Positions 42,701 to 51,494 of a stretch of DNA of 64,000 nucleotides are shown piece by piece. A program made the position numbers and the translations under genes. The notes beneath the pieces are model-generated. The model saw only the letters and a list, made by a program, of their open reading frames with translations, did no database searches and had not been told where the DNA came from. How positions within the stretch are numbered: position 1 is the first letter of the stretch; every line of letters begins with the position of its first letter. The DNA lies in the NCBI GenBank assembly GCA_902766965.1, contig CACXFJ010000047.1, positions 3,165 through 67,164 on the forward strand. Direction: 5' to 3'. Source of the DNA: an uncultured Eubacteriales bacterium (lineage in GTDB: Bacteria; Bacillota; Clostridia; Christensenellales; DTU072).

Positions 42701-43279
42701 GGCGAAAGCGGCGGCGGTCATCGTTCTGACGAAAACCGGTTCTACTTTTGCGTTAAGGGAATAAAGGAAAGAGGCTTTTCCGTTGGCGAAAGAGATTAGT
42801 TCGCCGTTTACTTTAATTCCCGTCACTTTATATCCGTCTTTCGCCGCCGCAGACACGGATACGGTTTCTCCGTCCGCGTAGGCGTCACCGTTGGCGGGCG
42901 CGCCGACTATTAAATCGCAGGCTTCGGTTTCCGCTATTTCCAAAGTGGGTTTTCCGAAATCTACTTTGACGGAAAGGTCGCTTTTAACGGTGATTTTCAA
43001 GGTGTATTTGCCGTTTTCGTTCTCGAGAGAGGAAGTGACGTCTTCGTCGTTTACCGTGACGGAAGAAAGGTAAAATCCCGTCTTCGGCGTAATCTCCAAA
43101 GCTATCTCCGATCCGTCGGTAAGCTTGGTCGAATCGACTTCGCCGACGAAGGATACCGAGCCTTTTTCGGCGTCGAACTCTAACTTTGCCGAATAGGTGT
43201 TGTTCTCGCAGGCAAACGCCGTAACCGCAACGCAAACTACGACTATCGCCAACAATATCACGTTAATTCTCTTTTGCAT
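39776..43279 (-). CDS. Large surface lipoprotein (1,167 aa) with N-terminal InlB-B-repeat-like modules and C-terminal tandem GxW beta modules
   Basis: The signal peptide MQKRINVILLAIVVVCVAVTAFAC has the lipobox T-A-F-A-C. N-terminal modules include ALEITPKTGFYLSSVTVNDEDV and VSVSAAAKDGYKVTGIKVNGEL. Five to seven C-terminal modules open with [IL]PxxY[VF]GxW (IPEEYRGVW, IPKKYVGLY, INNYVGIW, IPKEYVGTW, LPAKYFGTW). Confidence 0.9.
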   Translation of the reverse strand: MQKRINVILLAIVVVCVAVTAFACENNTYSAKLEFDAEKGSVSFVGEVDSTKLTDGSEIALEITPKTGFYLSSVTVNDEDVTSSLENENGKYTLKITVKSDLSVKVDFGKPTLEIAETEACDLIVGAPANGDAYADGETVSVSAAAKDGYKVTGIKVNGELISFANGKASFLYSLNAKVEPVFVRTMTAAAFANLQKYMRIDGRYSYDVVNHPEWNKSFIVETIFAKDMISQIETDAETGEVYYDYVYGKNKRNLTSIRHTADNTIVELISDALFDNYYNPFLLLKADDILYLSDGKYALDNVSENGKNVAQPITGYTETIAEFEISVNSDDIPVGLHIKTALIKRGDAEYVSTYDFAIGDVGTATVPAERYSPYPTTAEHAVLAAALKKANKTTAYSIRHQGHELNVDEDHADDPYYKDTDYKKYIRRDDVIYSAFPNEETGFKALHKGDGILVYPFFVQVVDDKKAITLKDPVAVSNIAEITSDFESFKPELMKFTGEKDGVKTFVLRSRDYAGIIAPCFGEGADEKSYFQYATDFTVEIKNDTLYRVKFTYATYGITEEVTLTYDFETDFSDIINELDFAHAERTSVLDPFKGQYKDDYGNFCQCDDAGFILNGIVVENLRYSSSSSANEPDFFTGKWNDKSITIMKLSSKQLLIQSEDYTLNITLTNVITEVFEIPEEYRGVWSIDNAAEDLHFKFVIQSYVMWCNDTEATLLSSGDREGLVVLVGNTTYNLVPGVDDAGNKFLMVIELRDNAEYVRFYVDYVSDDVGIEIPKKYVGLYVSDDGKQKVNISYGKITINGMTFVPTSYSETEGFVGTLGVTENYMIVLRQDGTSLQIGTMSQNYIVKLVDSVINNYVGIWESVVTDFGEGQKPYSFRFVITDTSITLTASYYIQTGKDADGNPVYSDLYSYEDRVVPFTLSDYGYAFDLEGSEYKTYIMYWINSYGNPMMIMYDNNGLLVNLQKAELQVIPKEYVGTWRYVDADNKVYEAKLAADGTAEVKLGRGYTLAVDNATYDKTRKELKFVHNDAAYFIILSENASGRFVNLYSVDADVNVNLSQVAEVHLPAKYFGTWKNSAGTVEIIAAADEFKVKLAGDSEYVNVLYVGLSPEGTGYYVFYINDVEYELEVGTYGDDQIILTYDDASSKYGVAYVPLSRQAESGAEA

Positions 43280-43356
43280 AATTCTCTCCTTATCATGACT
43301 TTCAAGTCAAAGTTCAATAATATCGCGCGTGGGCATATTATATAAAACGTCTAATA

Positions 43357-43385
43357 ATTATATAATCAAAGGCACGGCGTGTCAA
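43357..43385 (-). promoter_or_regulatory. Sigma-70 consensus promoter of the 1,167-aa lipoprotein operon (TTGACA - 17 nt - TATAAT on the minus strand)
   Basis: The reverse complement reads TTGACAcgccgtgcctttgattaTATAAT. The -35 is at 43385-43380 and the -10 at 43362-43357, giving a 5' UTR of about 70 nt to the ATG at 43279. Confidence 0.65.
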
Positions 43386-43745
43386 CAAAACCATATACAA
43401 CGCTATGTAAAAGAAAAGTAAAAACGTGGTAAAATTTGCAAAAAATAATATACAAAACGCAATGAATTTTATTACGCTAATTCGATAAATTTTAGGGTAA
43501 AACTTTCTTTTAACGCCCAAAAAAGATAGCGTCTGATTTATCGCCGCAAGAGAGTTTTTGACGATATTTACCGTAAATTTTAATAATTTACCGTAAAAAT
43601 CTCAAAAATTATCCATGAGACGCCTTATCGAAAAACGAAGCGAATCCCGTATTTTCGTGAGGATAAATTTATGCAAAAACAGCGGCGATTTTGTAAAAAA
43701 AATTTTTATGCAGTATAGAGGCAAAAATATTCACGACGAAAACGA

Positions 43746-43774
43746 TTGCGGACGTATATTTTTTTTGCTATAAT
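43746..43774 (+). promoter_or_regulatory. Putative promoter of the S8 protease operon (TTGCGG - 17 nt - TGcTATAAT, extended -10)
   Basis: TATAAT at 43769-43774 is preceded by TGc. A weak -35 lies at 43746-43751. The element is about 110 nt upstream of the ATG at 43884. Confidence 0.45.
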
Positions 43775-43883
43775 GTCTCACGCCGAATAGTTCTCTTTAT
43801 ATTTTATATAAAAATCAATAACGAAATCGGCGAATGAAAACAGTCGACGGACGACGTCCGTTGCAAGGAACCTTAGGGGGGTT

Positions 43884-46800
43884 TTGATGAACAGTTACAG
43901 AAGAAAATACGGCGCGTGGCTCGTATCGATAATCATCGTTCTGACGGCGTTCGTTGCGTTTAACGTTTTGTGCGTAAGTAACTTTTACGCCAATGCTGTT
44001 AAGACGGGGGACGTAGTGCCGACCGCAAACAGATTCTTTACCGTGGACGGTATCGAAGGGCTTTCCGAATTGAAAAAGGCTTACTTTAACGGTAACGTGA
44101 CTTCGGCGAACGATTATAAGACGGCTTCTTACGAAGGAGACCGTTGGATAATAGTCGAGTTCGACGGCGACACCCTTTACGACGCCTTCGAAAAGAGCGG
44201 ATACGCGAGTTTTTCCGAATACTGCGCCACCGACGCCGCCGACAAACTTAAAAACGACATCGACGAAAAGCACGCCGAATTCCTTTCGGAGTTGGACGAG
44301 AACGAAATAGAATACCGTTTCAAATATTCCTACTCCACGTTCAATAACGGCGTGGCGGTGAAAGTTAATTCCGGCGCGTATAACGTAATAAGAAAAATGA
44401 GCGGCGTCAAGAACGCGTACTTTTCCGAAAGATACGCTCAGCCGAAAGTCGCTACCGTAAACGACGCCAACGTTTATACCACCGGTATTTACGACTCCTC
44501 CGACCTCGATTATAAGGGCGAAGGAATGGTAGTAGCGATACTCGATACCGGTCTCGATTATTCCCACGAGGCTTTCCGTAACATGCCCGCCGACGCAAGT
44601 AAATGCTGGTCTAAAGAAGACGTCGCGAGAAAAATGGCGGCAAGCACTCGTTTTAACGCGAAAGCTACCGCGGACGAAGTTTATTACAACCTTAAAGTTC
44701 CGTTCGCGTACGACTACGCCGACGACGATCCCGACGTTTATCCGTCTTATTCCACCCACGGCACCCACGTCGCGGGTATAGTAGGAGGTAAGAGCGACTA
44801 CGTCGTAAACGAAGCCACCGGCGAAAAGTTCATCGGCGTGGCTCCCGAAGCGCAGCTCGTAATCTGTAAGGTATTTACCGACAATTTGGACAGCGACTCG
44901 TTAGGCGGAGCCGACACCACCGATATTCTCGCGGCTGTAAGCGACTGCGCGGAGCTCGGAGTAGATGTAATCAACATGAGCTTAGGTTCTTCGGCAGGGT
45001 TCGCCGACGAAAAGAGCAACACCGTTCTTAACGAAATCTACGCGAGAGTGAAACAGGCGGGAATAAGTCTCGTCGTCGCGGCAAGCAACGATTACTCTTC
45101 CGGTTTCGGCGGCGGCAACGGAACCAACCTCGCCACCAACCCGGACAGCGCGACGGTAGGTTCTCCGTCCACTTACGACGCGGCTTTGTCGGTAGCTTCC
45201 ATCAACGGACAAAAAGCTACCTATATTCAGGCTAACAACGATGAAAATCAGGTTGCGTTCATCACCACTTCTTCCGACGAAAACGGAAACGAATATAAAT
45301 TTACCGAACTTCTCTACAGAGTAGCGGGTAAAGATTACGCCACCTACGAAGGCAACCTCAACTTTAAGTACGTGGTAATCGGCGGCGTGGGACGCGCCAC
45401 CAACTACAACGCGGCTATAAAGAGAGAAATAAACAACAAAGAGGGTTACGACGGCGTAATAGCTCTCGTAAAGCGCGGAGATACGACTTTTGCGGAAAAG
45501 GTTCAGACCGCCATGAACAACGGAGTCGACGCCTGTATTATTTACAACAACGTATCCGGTACGATAAGAATGTCCTTAGGCGAAGTCGAAGACCCCGTGC
45601 CGACCTGTTCTATCAGCATGGACGCGGGCAAAATTTTCGTCGATAACGCGGTAAGAAACGTAGGAACTATTCAGATTAACAAGAACTTTATGGCAGGTCC
45701 GTTCATGTCCGAATTCTCGAGCTGGGGCCCTCTGCCCGATTTGCAGTTAAAACCCGAAATCACCGCTCACGGCGGCGAAATCACGAGCGCGGTACCCGGC
45801 GGATACGATATTTACAGCGGTACCAGTATGGCGTCTCCGAATATGGCGGGCGCGGTATCTTTGCTTCGTCAATACCTCAAAGAAAGCAACCCCGGACTTA
45901 CCGGTACGGAACTCACCGCGAGAGTAAATCAGGTTCTTATGAGCACCGCTACCATCGCGAACAACGAAGAAGGCAATCCTTATTCGCCCCGTAAACAGGG
46001 CGCAGGACTTGCCGGTATCTACAACGCGATACACACGGAAAGTTATATTACCGTCCTCGACGCCGAAGGGAAGGAGAGAGATAAGACGAAGATAGAACTT
46101 TTCGACGACAAGAAGAAGACCGGCGAATACGTTCTTGACTTCGTCATCAACAACATTTCCGGAAAGACGGAATATTACGACCCGAAAACCTACGTTATGA
46201 CGGAAACTTTGGCTTCCGATAACAAGACCGTCGCCGAAAAAGCTCATATGCTCGACGACAGCGACATTACCTATTACGTCAACGGAACGGCGCACAGCGG
46301 CAAGATAGAAGTCCCCGCCAACGCGAAACTCTCCGTAAAGATAGTGATAAAATTGAGCGCGGCGGCTAAACAGTATATAGAGACCGGCTTTACTAACGGT
46401 ATGTACGTAGAAGGTTTCGTATCTTTGGCAGCCGACGGAGCCGCCGGCACGAAAGTCACGATAGGTCTTCCGTACCTTGCTTTCTACGGCGACTGGAACG
46501 ACGGACCTTTGTTCGACTACGACGCGTACGAACTCGCCGAAAGTCAGAAGGATACCGGCGTACCCGAAGAGGACAAACTCAAAGCCAGCGCGGCGGAAAC
46601 CAGACCGCTCGGAAGATACTTCGACGATCAATATATAATCGCTCTCGGTTCTTATCTCTACAGTATGGACGAAAGCGAAGTTCAGATTTATCCCGAAAGA
46701 GATAAAGCGGCAGTATCCATGTTCGATACCAAGGGACAAAGAACCATTTACGAAATGTATATGGTATACGCCGGACTGTTGCGTAACGCGGCTTATATGA

Positions 46801-49800
46801 CCGTCACCGTCACCGACGCCGCCACGGGTAACGTGGTTTATAGCGAAAGGCAGGAAAACGTAAGTAAGTCTTACGCTGCCGGCGGCGGAAATCGCGGCGC
46901 TATAATAATGATGGAGATGAAGCCGAGTACCTGGGGCCTTGCAAACAACAACACGTATTTAGTCTCCTTAAAGGGAGAACTCGAGGGAGTTTACGGACAG
47001 GAGAGAGACGAGAAAGTAACCAATCCCGAAAGGGGAACGTTCGACTTCCGGTTCACCGTGGACTACGAAGCTCCGCAGGTTCTCGATTATCGTATCCGTT
47101 TCGATTCCTATAAGGACGAAAACAAGCAGATAAAGTATAAAATTTATATGGACGTGGACGTCTTCGATAACCAATACGTCATGGACGTAATGCCCTGCTA
47201 TATAAAACAGGACAAGGGCGGCAAAAACGTGCTTACGCTCGCCACGAAGTATCCCGTTCCCGTATACGGCGGAAAGGGAGAGACGTCCACCGTTTCTTTC
47301 GAAATCACCGATATTTACGAAGATTACGTCAAGACCGGTAAGTTGTATCTTGCGGTGGACGACTATGCGATGAATCAGACGACCTACGCCGTTTCCGCTC
47401 CCGCGGCTATCGATTATCCCGACGAAGTAATACTCGCCACCGACGAAAAACTCGTCGACACCGGCAAAACGGGAAAGAACACGTCGGGCGACGGCGCGGA
47501 ATATAGAATTTACGAACTTTCCTTAGCTCCGAACGAAGTGTACAAGCCGTCCGTTGCGGTCACTCCCGCGAGCGTTGCTTCCAGAAGTTTGTCTTATTAC
47601 GTCAAGAGCGGCAGCTCCTACGTTAAAGCCAACGAAGAAGAAATATTCGGCTCCAAGAACGGTATCGCCACCGTATATCTCTGCGACGTCGAAGATTCCG
47701 CTTCGCAGACTATTTACGCACGCATAGACGTGACTGTGGAGGGACAGGCGAAACAGCTCCCGAGACTTAACAAAATCACGTTAGAACCCGTCGTGAACGG
47801 AAAAGACTATGTGGTTAATTTCGACGGAACTTTGCCGTCGTTCGAAATGTATCCGAATCAGACCATTCAGTTCAAGGTCAAAGCCGACCCGTGGTATTTA
47901 AGCAATATATCCTACGAATGGAAGTCGGCTAACCCGTCGGTAGCAAGCGTGGATAAGATAGGCAATATCACTTCGCATAAGAAAGGCACCGCGATGATTA
48001 CCGTTTCCGTCGTCGGCAACGCCACCGCAAGTAAGAGCGTAAGCGTCACCGTAGGCGACGAATACAGAATAATAAACTACACCCTTTACGACTATTACGG
48101 AGGAGAAAACGTAGAAATACCCGAAAGCAAGAACATTATGTATCTTGACGAAGAGTGTTTCCAATACAACACCACCGTTAAGAGAATAGTGTTCCCGTCG
48201 ACTCTCACCGAAATACCGAAAGAAGCCTTCAAAGGCTGTACCAACCTCGAAGAAATCGTAGTTCCCGGACAATGTATCGTCATTCATAAAGAGGCGTTCA
48301 AGGACTGCGCAAAACTTAATAAAATCACTTTCGGTAAGTTTGTGGATAAAGATAAAGTAGAACACCCCGAATATACCGCCGCGATTACGATAGGCGATTA
48401 CGCCTTCAGCGGTTGTACTTCGCTTGCAACAATCGAAAACTCCAAGCGTCTTACCACCGTAGGTAACGGAGCTTTCGAAAAGTGTACTTCTCTCGAAACC
48501 ATCGACATCAGCGAACTCAGAGTCACCGGCAAGGGAGTGTTCAAAGGCTGTACCAAGTTAAGTAACGTAATTACCGACGAGAACACGAATATCGGCGAAG
48601 ATATGTTCAGCGGATGCTCCGCTTTGAGAACTTTCGATTTTTCGGGAGCTTATATAAGCGCGGGCGCTTTCGGAGGAACCGGACTTACCGAATTCAACTT
48701 CACCGATAAATCGCAACTTACCGGAATAGGACAACAAGCTTTTGCCTCTACCCTTAATCTCATTTCGATTACTCTTCCCGCGGGAAGTTACGCAATAGAA
48801 AGCGGAGCCTTCTCGGGCAGCGGCTTACAGACCGTCGTTCTCGACGATAACGCAGACATAAAGTTCGGCACAAGCACTCCGTTTACGAGTTGCGACAGGT
48901 TAGGTAAATTCATAGTTGCCGACGGTAGCGTCAACTACTCCGCGGGCGACGGCTCGACCGTGAGCGATTTAGGCGTGTTATATAATAAGGATAAGACCGA
49001 GCTTATCGCCGTACCGACCGGGAAGACCGTCGTTAAGGTTCTTGACTCGGTGACGAAGATAAGAAGCGGAGCGTTGAGCGGTTTAAGCGGACTTACCGCG
49101 TTCGACGCAAGCGGCGCGACCGAGATAGGCAATTACGCTTTCGCGGGCAGCAGCGTGACCGAAGTTACTCTTTCCGAAGAATTGACGTCGCTTCCCGAAG
49201 GCGTGTTCAGCGGCTGTTACAACCTTACGAAAGTAAGCGGAGTAAAGAACGTGACCGTCGTCGGCAGCAACGCCTTTAAGGACTGCGGCAGACTGACTTC
49301 CGTCGATATGCCCAAAGTAGAAGAAGCGGGCGATTACGCTTTCGCAAACTGCGGAATAAGAGCTTTCGTCGCTCCTCATCTTAAAAAAGCGGGCAATTCC
49401 GCTTTCAGAGAAAGTAAGATTACCGAAGCGAACTTCCCCGAGCTTACGGCTATGGGCGAAAGAGCATTCTCGAATATTTCCGCTCTTACGAGCGTAACCT
49501 TCGGCGGCGTGACCGAAATGGGCGATTACGCTTTCTATAACAGCAACAATATCGTCGACGCTACGTTCGGCGACGGAACGACTAAAATAGGCGATTACGC
49601 TTTCGCTTCCGCGACGAAGAGAGAGACCCTCACCGACGTGACGTTACCCGACGGCGTGACTTATATAGGAACGGCTGCGTTTATGCACGCAAGCAACCTT
49701 ACTTCGATAAATTTGAGCGGAGTCAAGACCGTCGAAGCGTTCGCGTTCAGATACGCCGCTAAGTTATCTTCCGCTAGGTTAAGCGGAATAGAGCATATAG

Positions 49801-51479
49801 GAGCTCGCGCGTTCGAAAGCACCGCGTTCACAGCGGCAGACCTTGCGGCGGCGAAATACGTAGGCGAATACGCGTTCCTGTCCGTACCTTTGACGAGCGT
49901 TACGTTTAATAGCCTTAAAGTAGTAGGCATAGGCGCGTTCGTCGATACCAAACTCACTACGGTAACGCTCCCCGCAAGTTTCAACGACAGAAACTACGTT
50001 TATAGCTGGGACAAGCTCGACGAAAAGGGCAGAGTGGAAGAAACGAGATACAGAAACGAACCTTCCTACGGAGCAGGCGCTTTCAGCTATATCGACACCC
50101 TTAAAGAAATACGCGTAGCGGAAGGCAACGAGGGCTTTAAGTCGATAGACGGCGTACTTTACTCGGTGGTTAAGGTTACCGAAAACGGACAAACGGTCGA
50201 AAAAGGACTTGTACTCGAACAATATCCCACCGCAAAGGAAGGACAAAGCTACGTCGTCGCCGACAATACGTTGGAAATCGGCGCGTACTCGTTCGAAGGG
50301 GTATCGACGTTGGAAAAAATAACCTTCCCGTATACCGTTAAGTCCATAGGAAGCTACGCTTTCTTCGACAGCACCGTAAACGATTATACCTTCAACAGCG
50401 TTCAGGCTCCCGCCCTTAAAGCGGAATACGTGGACGCGAGCGTGTACAAAAACGCCACTTTGCAGAGCGAATACTTCCTCTATCAGATATTCGGCACCGA
50501 CAGCGGCGTATGCATCGGCGGAACCGTTTATTACGCAAACTTCTACGATTACGTCGGAAGAAGATTGTACGCGGACAGTTTCGCAAGTTACGAAGCTCCG
50601 AGTTTCGGACTTAAAGTCACCTATCCGAAGAACGGAAAGGGATACGACACGGTAATCTGGAAAAACTTCTTCGAGACCGTAACCGTGACCGACGAAATAC
50701 TCCCCGAAGATACCACGCACGAAGCTATCGCGGCTATCGACAAAATTTCTTCCGTCATGAGCAACGACGCTATCGCGGCGGCTCCCGATATGGCTTCGCT
50801 TAACGAGATAATCGAAGCGGTAAAACAGGCAAGACTTGCTTACAATAAAATAACCTCTACCGAACAGCTCGCTCTCGTTGCCGACAAGAACGGAGTTTTG
50901 CTCGCCGCAGAAAAGGCGTTGAGAGACAAGAAAGCCGCTTTGGGCTATCCCGTAAACGTGGACAGAATAGAGTTAGCTCAAATACCGACCAAAATTCAGT
51001 ACACCGCAGGCGAAAGTTTCGACCCGACGGGTATGGCGATTAAGGTAATCTATCAAGACAGCTCCGAAGTTCTCGTTTCCGCGACGGAAACCGTTATCGA
51101 CAAGACGGTTCTTGCGGAAGGAGACGAATACGTCACCGTAACCTATACCGAACGCGGACAAAGTTACAGCGTGCAGGTATTCGTAAACGTGGTAGCGGGA
51201 CAGGAAGAAAAACCCGTTGATCCCGACGATAAAGGCGGAAAAGACGGCTTGTCCACCGGAGCTATCGTCGGAATAAGCGTAGGATGCGGATTAGCGGTTC
51301 TTGCAGGCGTAGCCGTGGCGGTAATCCTTATTCTTCGCAAGAAAAAGATAGGAATTTTCGGCAAGGTAAAGACCGAAGATATAGTTCTCCCCGAAGAGGA
51401 AATTCCGGCGAACGAAAATACCGAAGAAACCCTTTCCGAAACGGAAAATAAAGACAACGATACCAACGAAGAAAAATAA
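43884..51479 (+). CDS. Cell-envelope subtilisin-like serine protease (peptidase S8 with PA-domain insert), fused to Big_2-like, BspA-type LRR and Big_3-like domains, with a C-terminal TM anchor
   Basis: The triad appears in subtilase order: Asp in VAILDTGLD (codon 44544-44546), His in HGTHVAG (44757-44759) and Ser in GTSMASP (45825-45827). A PA-like insert GVIALVKRGDTTFAEKVQTAMNNGVDACIIYNN lies between His and Ser. A Big_2-like module is at about 47850-48055. About 30 BspA-type LRRs (IPxxAFxGCxxLxxIxxP) span about 48060-50400. A Big_3-like module is at about 50968-51195. The TM helix GAIVGISVGCGLAVLAGVAVAVILIL plus RKKK is at about 51247-51347. An N-terminal signal/anchor is present, and a GGGGGG SD lies upstream. 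Confidence 0.93.
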   Translation: MMNSYRRKYGAWLVSIIIVLTAFVAFNVLCVSNFYANAVKTGDVVPTANRFFTVDGIEGLSELKKAYFNGNVTSANDYKTASYEGDRWIIVEFDGDTLYDAFEKSGYASFSEYCATDAADKLKNDIDEKHAEFLSELDENEIEYRFKYSYSTFNNGVAVKVNSGAYNVIRKMSGVKNAYFSERYAQPKVATVNDANVYTTGIYDSSDLDYKGEGMVVAILDTGLDYSHEAFRNMPADASKCWSKEDVARKMAASTRFNAKATADEVYYNLKVPFAYDYADDDPDVYPSYSTHGTHVAGIVGGKSDYVVNEATGEKFIGVAPEAQLVICKVFTDNLDSDSLGGADTTDILAAVSDCAELGVDVINMSLGSSAGFADEKSNTVLNEIYARVKQAGISLVVAASNDYSSGFGGGNGTNLATNPDSATVGSPSTYDAALSVASINGQKATYIQANNDENQVAFITTSSDENGNEYKFTELLYRVAGKDYATYEGNLNFKYVVIGGVGRATNYNAAIKREINNKEGYDGVIALVKRGDTTFAEKVQTAMNNGVDACIIYNNVSGTIRMSLGEVEDPVPTCSISMDAGKIFVDNAVRNVGTIQINKNFMAGPFMSEFSSWGPLPDLQLKPEITAHGGEITSAVPGGYDIYSGTSMASPNMAGAVSLLRQYLKESNPGLTGTELTARVNQVLMSTATIANNEEGNPYSPRKQGAGLAGIYNAIHTESYITVLDAEGKERDKTKIELFDDKKKTGEYVLDFVINNISGKTEYYDPKTYVMTETLASDNKTVAEKAHMLDDSDITYYVNGTAHSGKIEVPANAKLSVKIVIKLSAAAKQYIETGFTNGMYVEGFVSLAADGAAGTKVTIGLPYLAFYGDWNDGPLFDYDAYELAESQKDTGVPEEDKLKASAAETRPLGRYFDDQYIIALGSYLYSMDESEVQIYPERDKAAVSMFDTKGQRTIYEMYMVYAGLLRNAAYMTVTVTDAATGNVVYSERQENVSKSYAAGGGNRGAIIMMEMKPSTWGLANNNTYLVSLKGELEGVYGQERDEKVTNPERGTFDFRFTVDYEAPQVLDYRIRFDSYKDENKQIKYKIYMDVDVFDNQYVMDVMPCYIKQDKGGKNVLTLATKYPVPVYGGKGETSTVSFEITDIYEDYVKTGKLYLAVDDYAMNQTTYAVSAPAAIDYPDEVILATDEKLVDTGKTGKNTSGDGAEYRIYELSLAPNEVYKPSVAVTPASVASRSLSYYVKSGSSYVKANEEEIFGSKNGIATVYLCDVEDSASQTIYARIDVTVEGQAKQLPRLNKITLEPVVNGKDYVVNFDGTLPSFEMYPNQTIQFKVKADPWYLSNISYEWKSANPSVASVDKIGNITSHKKGTAMITVSVVGNATASKSVSVTVGDEYRIINYTLYDYYGGENVEIPESKNIMYLDEECFQYNTTVKRIVFPSTLTEIPKEAFKGCTNLEEIVVPGQCIVIHKEAFKDCAKLNKITFGKFVDKDKVEHPEYTAAITIGDYAFSGCTSLATIENSKRLTTVGNGAFEKCTSLETIDISELRVTGKGVFKGCTKLSNVITDENTNIGEDMFSGCSALRTFDFSGAYISAGAFGGTGLTEFNFTDKSQLTGIGQQAFASTLNLISITLPAGSYAIESGAFSGSGLQTVVLDDNADIKFGTSTPFTSCDRLGKFIVADGSVNYSAGDGSTVSDLGVLYNKDKTELIAVPTGKTVVKVLDSVTKIRSGALSGLSGLTAFDASGATEIGNYAFAGSSVTEVTLSEELTSLPEGVFSGCYNLTKVSGVKNVTVVGSNAFKDCGRLTSVDMPKVEEAGDYAFANCGIRAFVAPHLKKAGNSAFRESKITEANFPELTAMGERAFSNISALTSVTFGGVTEMGDYAFYNSNNIVDATFGDGTTKIGDYAFASATKRETLTDVTLPDGVTYIGTAAFMHASNLTSINLSGVKTVEAFAFRYAAKLSSARLSGIEHIGARAFESTAFTAADLAAAKYVGEYAFLSVPLTSVTFNSLKVVGIGAFVDTKLTTVTLPASFNDRNYVYSWDKLDEKGRVEETRYRNEPSYGAGAFSYIDTLKEIRVAEGNEGFKSIDGVLYSVVKVTENGQTVEKGLVLEQYPTAKEGQSYVVADNTLEIGAYSFEGVSTLEKITFPYTVKSIGSYAFFDSTVNDYTFNSVQAPALKAEYVDASVYKNATLQSEYFLYQIFGTDSGVCIGGTVYYANFYDYVGRRLYADSFASYEAPSFGLKVTYPKNGKGYDTVIWKNFFETVTVTDEILPEDTTHEAIAAIDKISSVMSNDAIAAAPDMASLNEIIEAVKQARLAYNKITSTEQLALVADKNGVLLAAEKALRDKKAALGYPVNVDRIELAQIPTKIQYTAGESFDPTGMAIKVIYQDSSEVLVSATETVIDKTVLAEGDEYVTVTYTERGQSYSVQVFVNVVAGQEEKPVDPDDKGGKDGLSTGAIVGISVGCGLAVLAGVAVAVILILRKKKIGIFGKVKTEDIVLPEEEIPANENTEETLSETENKDNDTNEEK

Positions 51480-51494
51480 TCGACAGGTGATAAG

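Noticed and set aside
43338-43520. A 60-aa minus-strand ORF in the AT-rich intergenic region (MGVKRKFYPKIYRISVIKF...).
   Set aside because: It overlaps the consensus promoter of the lipoprotein operon. It has no SD and a composition typical of AT-rich noncoding sequence.
37965-43650. A tRNA-Pro-integrated genomic island or prophage. The evidence considered was the tRNA fragment repeats at 38229 and 38365, plus a 10-nt match to the tRNA T-arm (cgaatcccgt) at 43641-43650.
   Set aside because: There is no integrase, excisionase or other mobility gene anywhere in the window. The 28-nt repeat is only 190 bp from the tRNA. The distal match is only 10 nt, and about 0.1 such matches are expected by chance in this window, with no flanking similarity.
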